From assembly GCF_023055435.1 (NCBI RefSeq), contig NW_025963857.1, positions 27,838,001 through 27,902,000 of the forward strand: a stretch of DNA of 64,000 nucleotides, read 5' to 3'. Shown here in pieces: positions 1-13,914 of this stretch. Within the stretch, counting starts at the first letter, position 1, and each line of letters begins with the position of its first letter. This DNA comes from Haliotis rufescens (lineage: Eukaryota). A program made the position numbers and the translations under genes. The notes beneath the pieces were generated by a model that had not been told where the DNA came from, did not search any database, and worked only from the letters and a program-made list of their open reading frames with translations.

Positions 1-1559
1 TCATTTTTCAGAAATGTTTTCGTGAATACAATCATTAAAATACATCCTGTACATTGTACTTTGGGATTGCACTGCGGATTTCTTTTATTACTTTCTAAAA
101 CATTTTGATTTCCCCCTTTCTGACCACGCGATCTCTTAGCAACCACGCCCCATAAGCGCATCCGAGTTTTATTGCTGCTTACGACTGTCAAGAACTTTGC
201 AAGTTCGCTTGTCTTCAATATGAGCAACAAAACATTTTCATGTGACGCTTGTTTTGACGGAGAGTTGTTCGAGTTGGCCAGGGAACCTTTGGTCTTTCGA
301 TTATGACATTGGTGACTTTTTCGTGGAGAAAGTTCCAATTCAAGATGACATCTGACCGTCAACTCGAATCGACAAGATGGTGCCTCTCTTCTCGCCCTTG
401 CAAGTGCAACAGAAACTTTAACAAATTCAGTGCCGCTTCTAGGGATTAGTGAATCACAATGTCAATTAGTGTCACAGCGACATGTCATTGTGGAACCAGA
501 TGACGCCGAATATTTATGTGCACACTTCTTTGTCAACCATGCGTAACCAGCACAGGCAGTCGCAGTTATAGGGAATAGTGCGCCCACCATTTTGCAGAAA
601 TAAGTCGATTCGAAAACCGTGCTGCCAATACTTCTGGACTGAACTGGACGAAGTGTTTGGAGAGATCGGATATTAAACGTTGCAGCAGATGAATGACTGG
701 TGTGGACAAATCGAGAAAGAGATTTTAAAACTTGTGCGCGAATTGTATCCAAATACCCCCCAAAATACATGGGGCAAGTGTGGATCTAATGATCAAAGTC
801 TGTTTTGTGTGTGAAAATTCTGTGAAAGAAAAGGAAATCCATAATTAAATTTGAATATGTGTACTGGAGTTTTCGTTTATCGTAAGTAAAATATTATCTA
901 GAAACGCCAAATGTAGGTCAAACCATCCAGTATATTTCGTTACTTATTTATATTACTTATTTATAAGTTGCTATTGTGCATTGTTAAGTTGGTACACGTG
1001 ACATATTAATATATTGTAGTCAAGCTAAGAAATATTGGCGAAACTTCTGGTGCTTCAAATTAGGCCCCTTCCAAAACACTAGTTGAAAAATCTGTGTTTC
1101 ATACATATAATCTTATTATTGTGTGGTATAGATCTTACTGTTGAATACAAATGACCCAAACTAAACAAATATCTGTAATTTTCGGATTAAACTGAAAGAA
1201 TCGTGTCATCAATGTCGTATTTATGTATCGTTACTGTTACATTAACCGAAACTGTTGTTCTGCTGCTGTTCTGCCTTAAAATATACAACACAATACACTT
1301 TGCCCACAAATGCATTAGATGTGTCACATGTACACATGACCATGTGCTTTGCTATTTATAGCGCAACCGTAAATAAGCTCCGCGCTCTGTTATTGATGCA
1401 GACGCCAAACACGATCGATTCGATTTTGAATGATAAAACTACAGAAAATATAATAATAAATGTATATAATAATATACACAATACTCAGTCTCCTTCAGCT
1501 TGCAAATTCCATCCTCAATAAAATGTCCTGACTGCAGTATGGCCATATATATGATAAAA

Positions 1560-2110
1560 GTTTATTGCAATAATCTAATCTGACGAACAAAACAAACGTC
1601 ACCAACCAATATTGTTTGTTCATAAAAAACCAGTACCAATTTCAAGAAAGACAAACATACATGGCATATCAACATCATTACAAGTTATACCGTGAACCAT
1701 GAGATCGGAATGAGATATTGTGTGAACTGTTGGGAGGATGGGGTCAATTCGTCAGTAATAGATCAACCATTGAGACTGAAATCAGCACATGAAACACCCT
1801 TTAATCCTTCAGGAAGTCACAGCTGTCAGTCAATATTTTGTATGCCCAGACCAGTGCGACACCATATGGCATGTGCTTACTGATGCTTGTTATAATTTGA
1901 CGATCAAGGTGATCCAACATGTGTTCTGCAGGTGATAAGTCTGATGATTGTGCTGGCCAATGCAAGATTGTATGGTGACTTGTGTTGACTTCTTGAAACA
2001 GGGTCAAGGGATTCTGTTGTAAAAATGGTGGTACAACAGGGTAGAGGTTGCTTAATGTAATGCTGTCCAGTGATGTTTCCTTAGAAATTGCCAGATCTGT
2101 CGTGACTTGG
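1560..2110 (-). mobile_element. Decayed Tc1-family transposon remnant (C-terminal part of DDE domain)
   Basis: Minus-strand translation LHWPAQSSDLSPAEHMLDHLDRQI matches the Tc1 WPxxSPDLNPIEHLWD motif; stops and frameshifts present; boundaries approximate. Confidence 0.8.
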
Positions 2111-2280
2111 CTACAGATGCCGCCCGGACAGGGCTACAGATGCTGCATTGACATACCTACAGATGCCGCTTGAAAAAACACTGAAGATGCCGTATTAACT
2201 TGGCGACAGATGCCGCCTTACTTTGCCACAGATGCAGCCTTGCAAGGGCGGCTCCACATTCTGCCTTGACAAGGCTTTTA
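2104..2280. repeat. Degenerate short-unit minisatellite (core GGCTACAGATGCCGCCTTGAC)
   Basis: The ACAGATGCCGC-like core recurs about 7 times. Confidence 0.7.
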
Positions 2281-2633
2281 TGAAGCTAAATAAAAAACCC
2301 TCCGCCTCTTAAAGTGACGACAACACAACATGGCTACCTGCAAAGCGCCCATCCCCACTAAATATCAAATGCTTAGTCCCTTAGTCTTTATTCAGCGAAT
2401 AATTACCTATCAAATAAGAAATTGTTTATGCATAAATACATGCATGTATGTACAGGTACTGGAGCGTGTATGTTAATGAAAACTACGTTCTCAAATGAAG
2501 GTTATAGTCAATAAGTAAACAATAACATTAATATAAAAAAGGCTGGGCATCACCGCAATGCTCTTTGTAGGTATGCTGCGTGGTATCGTAAAATAAGTAA
2601 CCTTCTGTTTAATATTCTGGTATAACTTTTGGT

Positions 2634-2718
2634 AGTGGATGATAGTGGATGATGATGATGGTGGATGATGATGGTGGTGGTGGGACAATGTGATGGTGAT
2701 GGTGGTGGTTGTGGTGTT
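2634..2718. repeat. (GAT/GGT)n trinucleotide microsatellite
   Basis: Direct inspection. Confidence 0.9.
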
Positions 2719-3076
2719 TGGACATTGTTACCGTGGAACATTGACCACATGTCAATGTCATTTTTTCTACGGGAAGAGAACTTCACCACACCTTTAGTCA
2801 TGGGTCGCTTCCTTGTTTCTGGTACTCAAGACATAATGCCTTAAACATTGTATAGTGTCTCCCAGGATGTTGGTGTCGTACTGACATTGTACAGGGTCGG
2901 TCATGAAAAACAGACACTCATATTTCATATTACTGTTAGTAGTCGTTTTAGTCATTTCATGAAATGACATGACATCGATCTGATATATAAAACTGCCATG
3001 CCCAGGAAAATATACACCAATGTTTGATGAAGACTCAAAATATAACAAACAAAAAATGGTTATTCGATGGTGATGT

Positions 3077-3328
3077 TTGTTTGTTGTTTAAAACGCCGCA
3101 CTCCAGCTATATGATGGCGGTCTGTAAATAATCGAGTCTGGACCAGACAATCCAGTGACTGACATCATGAGCATCGATCAACGCAATTGGGATGGATGAC
3201 ATGCATCAACGGAGTCATCGAGCCTGACCGCCCGATCCCGTTAGTCTCCTTTTACGACAAACATAGTCGCCATAGAACGGCAAGCATGGGTTGCTGAAGA
3301 CCTATTCTACCCCGGATCTTCACGGATC
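3077..3328 (-). mobile_element. SINE family A (structured non-tRNA head, (AAAC)n tail), full length
   Basis: Homologous to 8 other copies in the window; 13-bp TSD TCGATGGTGATGT at 3064-3076 and 3329-3341. Confidence 0.9.
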
Positions 3329-3504
3329 TCGATGGTGATGTATTTAATACGGGTATCATAGTTGTGTTGTGGAAGTTTGAAGTGTTTTGGCGACTGATTT
3401 TAGCCCAGCAACGTTTTGATTACGTTTGTGTTTTGTTCGCCAAATCCAATTTCGTTCTTTCTCAATGCTTTCTCTTGCCTGGCAGTTAATATTAAATCAT
3501 TACG

Positions 3505-3595
3505 TTTACTCAGTACTCACCTGATGAAGGGACAAGAAGAAGACCAATAAATACGTTGTTATCTATAAATGTCTTCATATTCTTCCAACTTCTAA
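3505..3595 (+). mobile_element. Penelope-like element terminal remnant with partial hammerhead box
   Basis: CCTGATGAAGGGAC...CCAATAAA...GTTGTTATC resembles the reverse-oriented segment at 13915-14000; the GAAA box is absent. Confidence 0.4.
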
Positions 3596-3943
3596 GACCG
3601 CCTCAGTGGTCTAGTTGTAGAGCGTCCGCCCGGAGAGCGGAAGGTCCGGGGTTCGATCCCCGGCCGCGTCATACCAAAAGACGTTAAAAGATGGTACTTG
3701 TTGTTACCCTGTCTGGCGCTCGGCATTAAGAGGCTAAAACATGGACTGGTCGGCTCGGAGTCAGTATACTGTGTCTGAGGGGGTATTCATGTTAAACTGC
3801 GGCATGTTATCTCAGTGAGCTAGCACTATAAATCGGCATCAGCCCGGACTAGTACAAGCAGCCACACAAACGCACACACGTCGCTACATAAGTGCAATAA
3901 TCTTGGACGCGACGTTAAACCCCATTTCACCTTACCTCACCTT
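3596..3943 (+). mobile_element. SINE family C (tRNA-derived head), full length
   Basis: A box TGGTCTAGTTG, B box GGTTCGATCC; 10-bp TSD CAACTTCTAA (3586-3595, 3944-3953); near-identical to 56989-57340. Confidence 0.92.
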
Positions 3944-4466
3944 CAACTTCTAAATTCGTAATAGTGTCACAGATGGAGACAAAACGTTATTTTTGGACCA
4001 CAACCTATTGTTTTGGAGAACATCCGGCATGTCCAAAAAACAATTTCATTATTGTATAACATGAGAGCAGTCTTTTCCCCCAGGATCTTCGAGAACTTCA
4101 AAGTGTAGGCACCGAAATGCCAAACGGTACGCGGCACTCGGAAGGGCGGATAAACTCACTGATAAACAGCGATGCCACACTGACGGTACCATAGGTTATA
4201 GGGCCTATACCATGATTAACATAACAGAAGTGTATTCTCAGATGTAACTTAAGTGATATTGAGAAAGGTTACAGAGTCTGACATGTAAACACTTATACAC
4301 TATACACAAATAGAATACAAATGTTTTTTTGTGCGAGACAAACATCACCCACGGTAAATGTCAAACATCGTATTATATATTTGAGTGAACCCAGTTTTCG
4401 TTGAATATCTGATGTGGAATCGTAACATGCGTGATCGTGTAACCGTACGTAGCTTTGGGATTGAAA

Positions 4467-4518
4467 CACACACACACACACTCACACACACACTCACACT
4501 CACACACACACACACACG
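4467..4518. repeat. (CA)n/(CACT)n microsatellite
   Basis: Direct inspection. Confidence 0.9.
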
Positions 4519-5283
4519 GATTCACTGGCCTTGTAATATGACAGCCGCCGCAGTCTCTCTCACTCTCACTCTCTTCCCCCCCTTTCTCTCTCTGTCACTT
4601 ATCACAAACACACGCAAAAGCATTACAGTTGTTCACCTTTAAATTGGTGTGATTGAATTGGAGCAATCAGGCAGGTGAACGAGCTCCAAACAACTGGCAG
4701 GAGACAATCATTTTGATGACAAGAAATAAATTGTTGAGGTATTCATGATACTGAAGACAATACTATAGCCTTGTTAGAAATATTGACGCTTCCCACGTTA
4801 TCGGGTCGCCTGTCTCGATCAAACCTAGTGGACATAATTTCAGTCACTGATGCGTCAAATTTGGAAACGTCATCAATGTGTCTTCCATAAAATTCCTGAA
4901 AGCTTTACTAAGGCCTTGAATACTGTAACCATGTTCAAACAAGGTTTAAGCAAGAGTCGTTGGCGCCTTTTGAAATCTCCGTAGAAAGAGCATCCTCGAT
5001 TGACATCCAGCCATTCACTCACTCAGTGATACTAGCTGAATACTATGAAATCGATTCAGATGTGTGAGCTGACCTACCGTTCTCAACATTTTGAATCTCA
5101 CAAGGAAAACTGTGCGTCAAACCTCGCCGCTGGCTAATCTACAGCGATGAAATCCGTCATGTGATGAAGAATGCTGCTGGTTATTATTATCAACGGCCAT
5201 AAACCTTTCTTGAAATAGCTTGTAATATCTCTGTTAGAGCCTTGTTGGCATATTTCAAACTATCGCGCTCTTTGAACACACAA

Positions 5284-5448
5284 GGGGCGGTCGGGTAGCC
5301 TAGTGGTTAAAACGTTCGTTCGTCACGCCGCAGACCCGGGTTCGATTCCCGACATGGGTACAGTGTGTGAAGCCCATTTCTGGTGTCCCCCGCCGTGATA
5401 TTGCTGGAATATTGCTAAAAGTGGCGTGAAACCATACTCACTCACTCA
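5284..5448 (+). mobile_element. SINE family B (tRNA-Asp(GTC)-like head, (ACTC)n tail)
   Basis: TAGCCTAGTGGTTAA...CGTCACGC...GGGTTCGATTCCCGAC resembles tRNA-Asp; 12-bp TSD TTGAACACACAA (5272-5283, 5449-5460). Confidence 0.92.
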
Positions 5449-6376
5449 TTGAACACACAATCCTGTGTGTCGTTACGACCGCCATTTGGAGGAGTTCAGT
5501 CATATCAACGTGTTATCGAGGTAAGATAAATATAAATCACAAAGAAGAAATGTAAGGCGAACCGACTATGCTGTGATAAAAGTTTGGCATTAGGTTAAGG
5601 TTCTGAAATAATTCAGCGGACTCCACGTTAGTATATAGTATATAGTACGAAATGGCGGAAGGTGATGCGTCGCTATGATGGCGTCCCGACAGAGTATTAC
5701 GTTTGATACAGAACTTACCAATCCTCAGTTTTTGTCGTTGTGATATAAACGAATATGTGTTTTGAGATACTTTTTTCTAAGAGGGGCATGATGAACATGA
5801 CATAACTAATTCTAACTCAGGGGACATTACCGTTGTAGGCTGATACGAGAAATAGGTTGATCAAATTACGTACATCAAGATTAAAATGTGAAAATTAACT
5901 GTGTTTGAGGGGTCTTAATGATGGGTTATTCCTGTGAATTATATTGCCATGACTAAATCATTCTATGCGTTCAACATTAGAGCAAAATGGAATAGATACA
6001 GTATATATTTATGTGTTAAAGTTTAAAGTATAATAGCTACATTCTATGACAACCTCAGCACTAAGATCGCTTTGTTAAACGGGTAAATCGATTGTTTTAG
6101 AAGTGTTATGCTATCATTCATAAAAGCGTGAAAACCCTTTATGTATTCATCAGAAATCTCCGCTGAACAAAGTCGATTGTACGATGGCGACTATGTGATG
6201 ACTATGTGTTTATGAATCACTATCAAATAATTATATACTAATTATATACTAATATATACTTATCATATAAAAGTATATAGTAATTATTGACTAATATGTA
6301 CTGAATACTCATTAGTATTATGATGATCATTGTTATTCTACAATGCAAAGTATCTCTATACAATGCAAAGTATCTC

Positions 6377-6627
6377 CAGTGGTAGAGCGTCCGCCCGAAA
6401 AGCGCAAGGTCCGGGGTTCGATCCCCGGCCGCCTTATACCAAAATACGTTAAAAGATGGCACTTGTTGTTACCCTGTCTGGCGCTTGGCACTATGGGGAT
6501 AAAACAAGGACTGGTCGGCTCGGAGTCAGTATACTGTGTCTGAGTGGGGTTTTCATGTTAAACTGTGGCATTGTATCTCGATGAGCTCGCACTTTAAATC
6601 GGCATCAGTCCGGACTAGTACAAGTAT

Positions 6628-6701
<74 letters not shown>

Positions 6702-6710
6702 GCGCGTACG
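6377..6710 (+). mobile_element. SINE family C ending in expanded (CA)n(CG)n
   Basis: High identity to 3596-3943; terminal tail not seen. Confidence 0.9.
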
Positions 6711-7177
6711 TGCATGCACGTTGTGTACACAAGAATGAGAACTAAGATATGCACATACATGTACACAGAAATTATCTTACGTTTGCGAAATTGACGCACT
6801 AGAGCATTCCCATTCAAATTCAACATAGCGATGTTTTGGCTGCTACCGGCGACATGTGCCGCCAGGCCTTATAAATCGGCTATTTCCAACTGTCTGAGAT
6901 AGGTGACTCCATTCATACAATTGATTATGTGGTTGAATAAAATTGATAGACGCCTCCAGACAGCGGGCCCATGGACAACACGAATCCATAAAGATACAAA
7001 GGCCCTTTGTATTTCCTTCATTGAACATTGTATCACCCCCGATGTAATCACAAAATCGATTCTACTGTGATGCTCTTTCCTCTTATCTTTCCACTCACTG
7101 ACCAGAACTTGATATAATCATGTTATAATGTGCACACACCTTAACGTATTATCTCGCGCTTCTGAATGCTACCATAT

Positions 7178-7869
7178 GCTTCATACAAGAAGGACATAAT
7201 GTGACTTTTTCTCCATATGACCATCATTTAGAGCTGGTGATATGACTGGAATATTGCTAAACGCGGCGTAAAATTAAGCTCACTCACTAATATTGCCAAC
7301 TATTCAGTACTTGTAACCTCCTCCGGGTCAAGAGGACAGAGCGTCTGTCCGCTTCAGACAAGAAGGACATAATGTGACTATTTCTCCATATGACCATCAT
7401 TTAGAGCTGGTGATATGACTGGAATATTGCTAAACGCGGCGTAAAATTAAGCTCACTCACTAATATTGCCAACTATTCATTACCTGTAACCTCCTCCGGG
7501 TCAAGAGGACAGAGCGTCTGTCCGCTTCAGACAAGAAGGACATAATGTGATTTTTTCTCCATATGACCATCATTTAGAGCTGGTGATATGACTGTAGTAT
7601 TGTTAAACGCGGCGTAAAATTAAGCTCACTCACTAATATTGCCAACTATTCAGTACTTGTAACCTCCTCCGGGTCAAGTGGACGGAGCGTCTGTCCGCTT
7701 CAGACAAGAAGGACATAATGTGACTATTTCTCCATATGACCATCATTTAGAGCTGGTGATATGACTGGAATATTGCTAAAGGCGGCGTAAAATTAAGCTC
7801 ACTCACTAATATTGCCAACTATTCAGTACTTGTAACCTCCTCCGGGTCAAGTGGACAGAGCGTCTGACC
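7178..7869 (+). repeat. Tandem array of 4 x 173-bp units (SINE tail + spacer + SINE-C head)
   Basis: Unit starts GCTTCAGACAAGAAGG at 7178, 7351, 7524 and 7697; only a few substitutions between units. Confidence 0.95.
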
Positions 7870-8130
7870 GGAGAGTGGAAGGTCCTTGGTTCTGAGTAAC
7901 AAAAGCAAGGTTAAAAGGAAACTGTTACCCTGCCTTTCGCGTTGCGTCAAAGGGATAAAAAGGGCTGGTCATCAGTGTCTAGTGGGGTTTCTATATGTTA
8001 GGTTGCGGCATGGTATCTCAGTTGGCTAGCACTATAAAAGTCCGGAGTATTACAAGGAGCCACACACACACACGCCCTATTTAAGTACAATAATCTTGAT
8101 CGCGAGGATAAACCCCATTTCACCTCATCC
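7834..8130 (+). mobile_element. Old SINE family C copy whose head forms the end of the tandem array
   Basis: Degenerate match to family C head, body and TTCACCTCA tail. Confidence 0.8.
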
Positions 8131-9144
8131 AAAAACTGCAAAACACACGCTCCACGCTTGATGAAATGTTGGAGTACGCACATGCACAATATAGAGAGGG
8201 ATCATTCATTGACTACTCAATTATATAATTAACACTTCCCAAATGATTGCAAAAATGATATTGTAATGATAAAAACACGTGTTTTGTTCTGCATACTTTA
8301 GAATCAAAGAAAAGCAATATATTAGATATATTATAATAACAGAAGTGTCTATCTGTCTTTGTTTTCATACAGTATAATTCCAAGCGAGTGCGTACATTGT
8401 TGTATCCACGTTTGAATAACCAAAAAATAGAAACAACTCTGGGCCATACAGATGCGACTATGACATATGAGAAATGGTTGGCGATATATTATTTCGGTAA
8501 CATCGTTGCATTCAACCTGTTGATTCACACGCTTAAAGAATAACAGTAACAGTATGTTCTCTCAGACATAATCAAGTCACTGCGAGTTACCATTATTTCC
8601 AGTATTTTTTTCCCGTGCTAAAACGGATATCGTGCTGTTTTCAAGTAGAACAAAAACTTCCAACCAATACGTACATTTGTTATTACTGTGCCCTTCGTCA
8701 ACGTTTAATAGGTCTGAAAGCAAGGTTAATAATAGTGTTTATCAACACGCGTACGTCTGTCTTTCCGGAATAGAATGACATTAAGTGTCGTCATACAGGA
8801 TCGCATATCAAAATACATACCGTGGGTGTGACATCTGAGGAGGAAATGTTCTGGACAAAATAAACTCTTCAAGATTAACAGAATAATCTGCATTCATTAA
8901 TATCTAACAAGTAGGTCAGTGTTAAATCGATTGTCGCTCTGACAACTAGTGTCTGCAACACGTGTGGTCAAGGTAATACGGTTGATGTGTCCCGGAGCGT
9001 GTCTTTGTCACACCTCTCACACGCTGACGATGGCATCACACGGTGCGACATGATAAATCGAATACCATCTCATTGTTTGATCGCTTTGATCTGTGAACAG
9101 TATTTCCGATTCACCTCGATTGTGATCGGATTGTCAGCATGATG

Positions 9145-9257
9145 CTCGTTGGTTTCATCCAAGGTGTAAACGTCTAAGACCTTCATTCATTAAGCCAACA
9201 CTCCATGATAGAACTGAAATCCTGTAAAAACTAGCGTTAAACCCGATTCACTCACTC
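9145..9257 (+). mobile_element. Degenerate 3' half of SINE family D
   Basis: GTAAACGTCTAAGACC and GCGTTAAACCC...CACTCACTC. Confidence 0.6.
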
Positions 9258-10526
9258 TGTGACACGTCCAATACAACTAATCCCAATGATGGTCATAATA
9301 AGTTCAACACGTCAAGTACCTTGTCGACTCTTTACTCAATACAATGCATCCTGTAATGATACAACATTCAATATTTAACCCAATTAATCTACGCTGAGAA
9401 ATTTATTATGAGATAATATGGACCTCTAGCATTACACGTAACATCTGATAAGTTATACAGTATGAATGTTGACTTTCTCGGAAACACATGGTATCTTCAC
9501 TATTTGATAGTAAATCAAAAAACCTAATTTACATTATAATCCGAATCTTGAAATGGAATCTGATTGTAGTAGATTTCTGTTGCTTATGGAAGAATATTGT
9601 CGCTTTTCGTAAAAGAAATGTCCTTTGCATTTAATTTAATCAAACCCAGAACATAGGTAAATAGGTAAGTCATACCACTTATATGAAATCTGCATAGGAA
9701 AGATCACATTTCAAAAGAGATTTGTTTTTTGTAATAAAAGATTTTACTGACATGTTGTTAGTCTACAATCTGGACATCCATACATATTAGTGTCTCACGG
9801 CTTTTGTTAGATTAAGCCATATGGTTTGAATGTAGGATCACTAAAGGGCGACCTTGATGCTTCACTAACTGTTCTGAAATATCTAAACTCCTACATTGCT
9901 TTTTTCATATCAGCTTCATGTATATATGTGGATAGCAATAGCACATCGTGGACGTTTGCCATATAGACATACAATTAATGTTTTCAGAGTTATACGTAAG
10001 TGATTAACCACTCTCGAGACACGTCGTTTCAGATGCGTTGCTTGTTCCTCGAAACATAGTTAAACTTTGTAAAAACTACCCAAGTATTATCTGAGATAGA
10101 GACCTGTGATGACTCCAAAGCAGTTTCTGTTCCGTTGGATCGTGGTTTTGGATAACGGTCTAATATTTCCTGCTCTACAAGTATCAAACGTGACATAGGG
10201 TTTTAGTCGATACAGTTTCTTTTGTAGTTTGATTGGTAATACGTCTTCCCGCTGAAGCATATGTTATTGTCGTACCGTCGTTTTATTCATGAACATAAGT
10301 GTGTTAAGAAGTAAGGAATCACGCGTTACTGCCATTCACTTGACTTAGTGTGACACAAATGGGAGCTTTAATTGATCGTAATCTACAGGACGTACGTGCT
10401 ACTCCAACAGCTGACAAATCCGTGAGTGACGTCTTTCGCAAGCAGTCACACAGCCAATTGTAAATCTGACTATGAAGGTTCCCGGACACGCTGTGTGTTG
10501 CATGCAGCTACACCTTTATTAACATT

Positions 10527-11966
10527 AGTATCCTCGCCTATGCAGATGACATCTTACTCATTACAAAAAATGAGGAGAATATGAATCTGTTGTTGGACGT
10601 TCTCCACAAGTGGTGCGTTGAATAAAATGAACATAAATGCAGGAAAGTCCAAGTTAATCCACTTCAGGAATCCATCGGTATGTCAAACTACACAGCGTTT
10701 CGAGTGTGGGACGAATGTTATTGAAATTGTCGACAGTTATAATTATCTGGGCTTACTCCTCTCTGAACACTTGGACTATAGGAGAATGGGACAAGCTACA
10801 TTGTATAGCAAGTTCGGCTAACAGAGCTTTAGGGCTGCTGATATCAAAATTCAAGGTTCTCGGAGGGATGTAGTACAATACATACACTAAACTCTATGAC
10901 TCCATGGTGTGGGCGACAATGCAGTATGGATCAGCTATCTGGGGAACATACAATGTCAGCTGTATCAACGCAGTCCATGCGATTTTTCATGGGATTGAGA
11001 AAGTTTGCTCCGAATAATGCTGTATCTGGAGACATGGGGTGGATTCCCCCAATAGTAAGACAATGGGAAACTATCTCAAAGTTCTACAAACGTTGCAGCT
11101 CCCTTCTACAACATAGATTAACAAGAAAAGTATTTGTGTGGGCCAATAAACACGCACTAAACAACAAGAGGAACTGGAACTTTAGAGTACACACGAAGTA
11201 TAAACAATTAGGTCTATCTGTTTTTACCTCCACAAATAACACGTATCACTATCGTCAAATTGGAGGTAAAGTGAGAGATAATGTATTTCAACGCTTCAAG
11301 GAGGAATGGAAAATTTCAGTGAGTCAAGTGAACAGCCGAAGCGGTAACGGAGGCAACAAGCTACGACTATATAATCAGCTGAAGAACGAATATAATGTTG
11401 CTTATTTTAATCAGATTCCTATGTCAAAGCCTAACAGACGCTCTCTAGCTGTATTCAGATGTGATGTAGCCCCAATACGAGTCAAGACTGGGCGATATAC
11501 AAACCTACTTATCAACGAGAGAGTGTGCTTTTATTGTGATACGTTTGTTGAAGACGAAGTCCATGTTCTATTGCACTGCCCAACTTATAATGACGTGCGA
11601 CAGGTTTTATTAGATAAATGTAATGAAGTGTGGTGTGGTTTTAAAGATGAATATGATATTGTGAAAGTTTGTTTTATCCTGGCCAGTCCCAGTGTTGTAA
11701 CGCTTAGTGCGAAAACCTGCAAGGCAATTTTACAGCTGCGTGGTGATATTTTATATAAAGCCTAATATATTTTTAATTTGCATATATGTTGTACAGAATT
11801 TTATCTTCGATAATGTTTTTAAACTATGGTTATACTACTTCTAGTAGTTTGTCTCTCATAACTCAAATAGGAGTGGCTCATTTTATTTTATTTTATGTTA
11901 TTTTTAAAGCATTTTATATGTAAATTGAGGCGAGACATAAATAAACTATCTGTCTGTCTGTCTGTC
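10527..11966 (+). mobile_element. 5'-truncated CR1/L2-group LINE (RT YADD to C-terminal zinc knuckle, (TGTC)n tail)
   Basis: ILAYADDILL, YNYLGL, TGRY...ERVCFYC...EDEVHVLLHCPTY; AATAAA then (TCTG)n; possible TSD TATTAA(C/G)ATT; stops and frameshifts. Confidence 0.9.
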
Positions 11967-11976
11967 TATTAAGATT

Positions 11977-12600
11977 CCGGACAATTTGTCAAATATGAAA
12001 ACAACTGTCATCTGAAGTTTACTTAGAAAACAGTATTGGAATTGCTGGACTTTCTCATTGACAACAACTATGTGAAATTTGGGGATAGGACTTTTGGGCA
12101 TCCCATGGGCACCTATTGTGCTCCCCTCCTTGCTGATCTGTTTCTTTTGCATGTGAAACGGAATTTCTGATCGGACTGGCAAACTCAAAACAATGTGCCC
12201 ACGAAATGGGCTTAAGCTTCAGGTATATCAATAATCTTTTGTCTTTCATTTATTGTCTGAGAGCCAATTATCTGATTTACTTACTAGAACCAGAAATAAA
12301 AGATACCTGTTTCATATTTAATCTTCATGTATGTATAAGGAATCAGACTGACAAAAACTGTGTGATAAGAGGGATGGATGACACCCGATTTAACAACTAT
12401 TGAGGTACAATCAAGCATGCTATTTGTATCAAGATTTCAAAGAGCACCATTCGATTCTTTCTTCAATGCTGTTTGATTAGGGTTTCAACATCCAAGGCCT
12501 CACTCGGTAAAGCTTTGAAAACGTTTTATGGTAGACATGTGAAGGACATTTCCAAATTTGACGCATTAGTGACAGAAATGGATGCCCGATGCAATTCCCT
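11977..12600 (+). mobile_element. Penelope-like (Naiad-type) RT remnant
   Basis: LLDFLIDNNYVKFG, GIPMGTYCAPLLADLFL, FRYINN (=FRYIDD), LRYNQAC, KTFYGRH across broken frames. Confidence 0.8.
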
Positions 12601-12723
12601 ATTTTGACTTGTACCACATGTTCCCGTGATTTTTCATCTCTCGCGAACACCTGGTATCATCATTATTCATAAACACATGCTTATGTGAATCTTGCGATCG
12701 GTAGAATTTTCTGATGATTTAGT

Positions 12724-12998
12724 GGGCACGGGTGGTCCAGTCGTCTTAGGCGCCGCGATTCGCTGAGCAACATTGCTTTCCTTGGGCACGCCAGAAACCT
12801 ATGTTTGTGGGTTCGAACCCCGGTTCGTCCCGATTATGTTTCTAGGTTTGTCAGAACCATACCCGTACTCGTGCGTTTCACCGAAGTGGTAAACGTCTGA
12901 GACCTGCATCGCTTCGGGCTTTCCTCCCACATTAAGCTGAGACATCGCGATATAACTGTAATAATGTTAAAAGCGGCGTTAAACCCAACTCACTGACT
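12724..12998 (+). mobile_element. SINE family D (Leu/Ser-type tRNA head, V-domain-like body, (ACTC)n tail)
   Basis: A box TGGTCCAGTCGTCTTAGGCG, B box GGGTTCGAACCC, body GGCTTTCCTCCCACA; multiple copies in the window. Confidence 0.9.
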
Positions 12999-13914
12999 TA
13001 TAATTATGGACATGTTTTCCTTTGAAAGGAATGTATGAGTATATTGAACTTTTCTTTGTATTGTACATCTCTCAGGCCTTATGAGACTTTAGGCATTACA
13101 ATCAATCCTGTACAGCATACACACAAGCTGAGACAATGGACGAGACAATCCTAGCTCGGGTCATTAACACGCTCCTCAAAGCAAACACGCCGACAAGGAC
13201 ATAAATGTACACTTTTACAGTGCTGGTATGTAAATACCTCGATTACCAAACAGATCACACCATTCAAGATGTGTATTGCAAGGTAACTAAGTGTCACGGA
13301 ACGCGCGCAAGAAATCCTTTCCTTGTGATGTTCATGGATTATTCGTTCTCTAGGAAGCAAACTGGTATACAATCAGCCCAGATCACTATACATATCTATT
13401 ATGTCCCAAAGCTGGTCTGGATCCTTTCAGGGGCTGTTATATATTCCCCTAATATCAATTTATCTCCCCGCTGGACTTCTTTTCAGGGCCGGGATTTATC
13501 TAATCATCCATATTCATGTCACGCATGTCATTACGGGGTACATCATCGACGTCGGGAACACCATATCATCGTCATGAATAATGATCTAGATTTCATGAAA
13601 ACAGATTCCACAGACATCTGCATTAAAATTACAATGACTGGTTCCGTGATCGACGTTTAAATAATTTGTAGAATCATGACGGGTTTGTTATTATTTTTGT
13701 TAACATCAGTTGTATAATTGTAAGTTTATTATATCTATACACAAATCAATCCACACGGTAACCCTGTAATAGGACATGTAGATATCTGGATGGTCAGTAC
13801 ATGTATCTCTAGTCTGACGCATTTGTTTGTTCAAGACTAGGATACCTTTTGGTAATAAAAACAGTTTGTCGCTTTTTGCATTGCTTGATTAGCCTTTCTC
13901 AGGAGTTGACAGAG

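Noticed and set aside
200-770. ORF 462-770 and neighbouring frames as a gene or transposase
   Set aside because: No recognisable motif; stops in the adjoining frames
2491-2801. His/Pro-rich ORFs
   Set aside because: Translation of a (GAT/GGT)n microsatellite
3521-3560. Functional hammerhead ribozyme (CTGATGA; also at 15060 and 27682)
   Set aside because: No correctly placed GAAA, stem III and NUH cleavage triplet
5284-5360. Genuine tRNA-Asp gene (also at 34171 and 57857)
   Set aside because: The acceptor stem is not intact, and the head runs into a shared body and tail flanked by TSDs, so it is a SINE
7178-7869. CRISPR-like array
   Set aside because: Whole units repeat with no unique spacers; eukaryotic context; no cas genes
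13205-13660. 151-aa ORF as a host gene
   Set aside because: No domain motif and no clear exon structure
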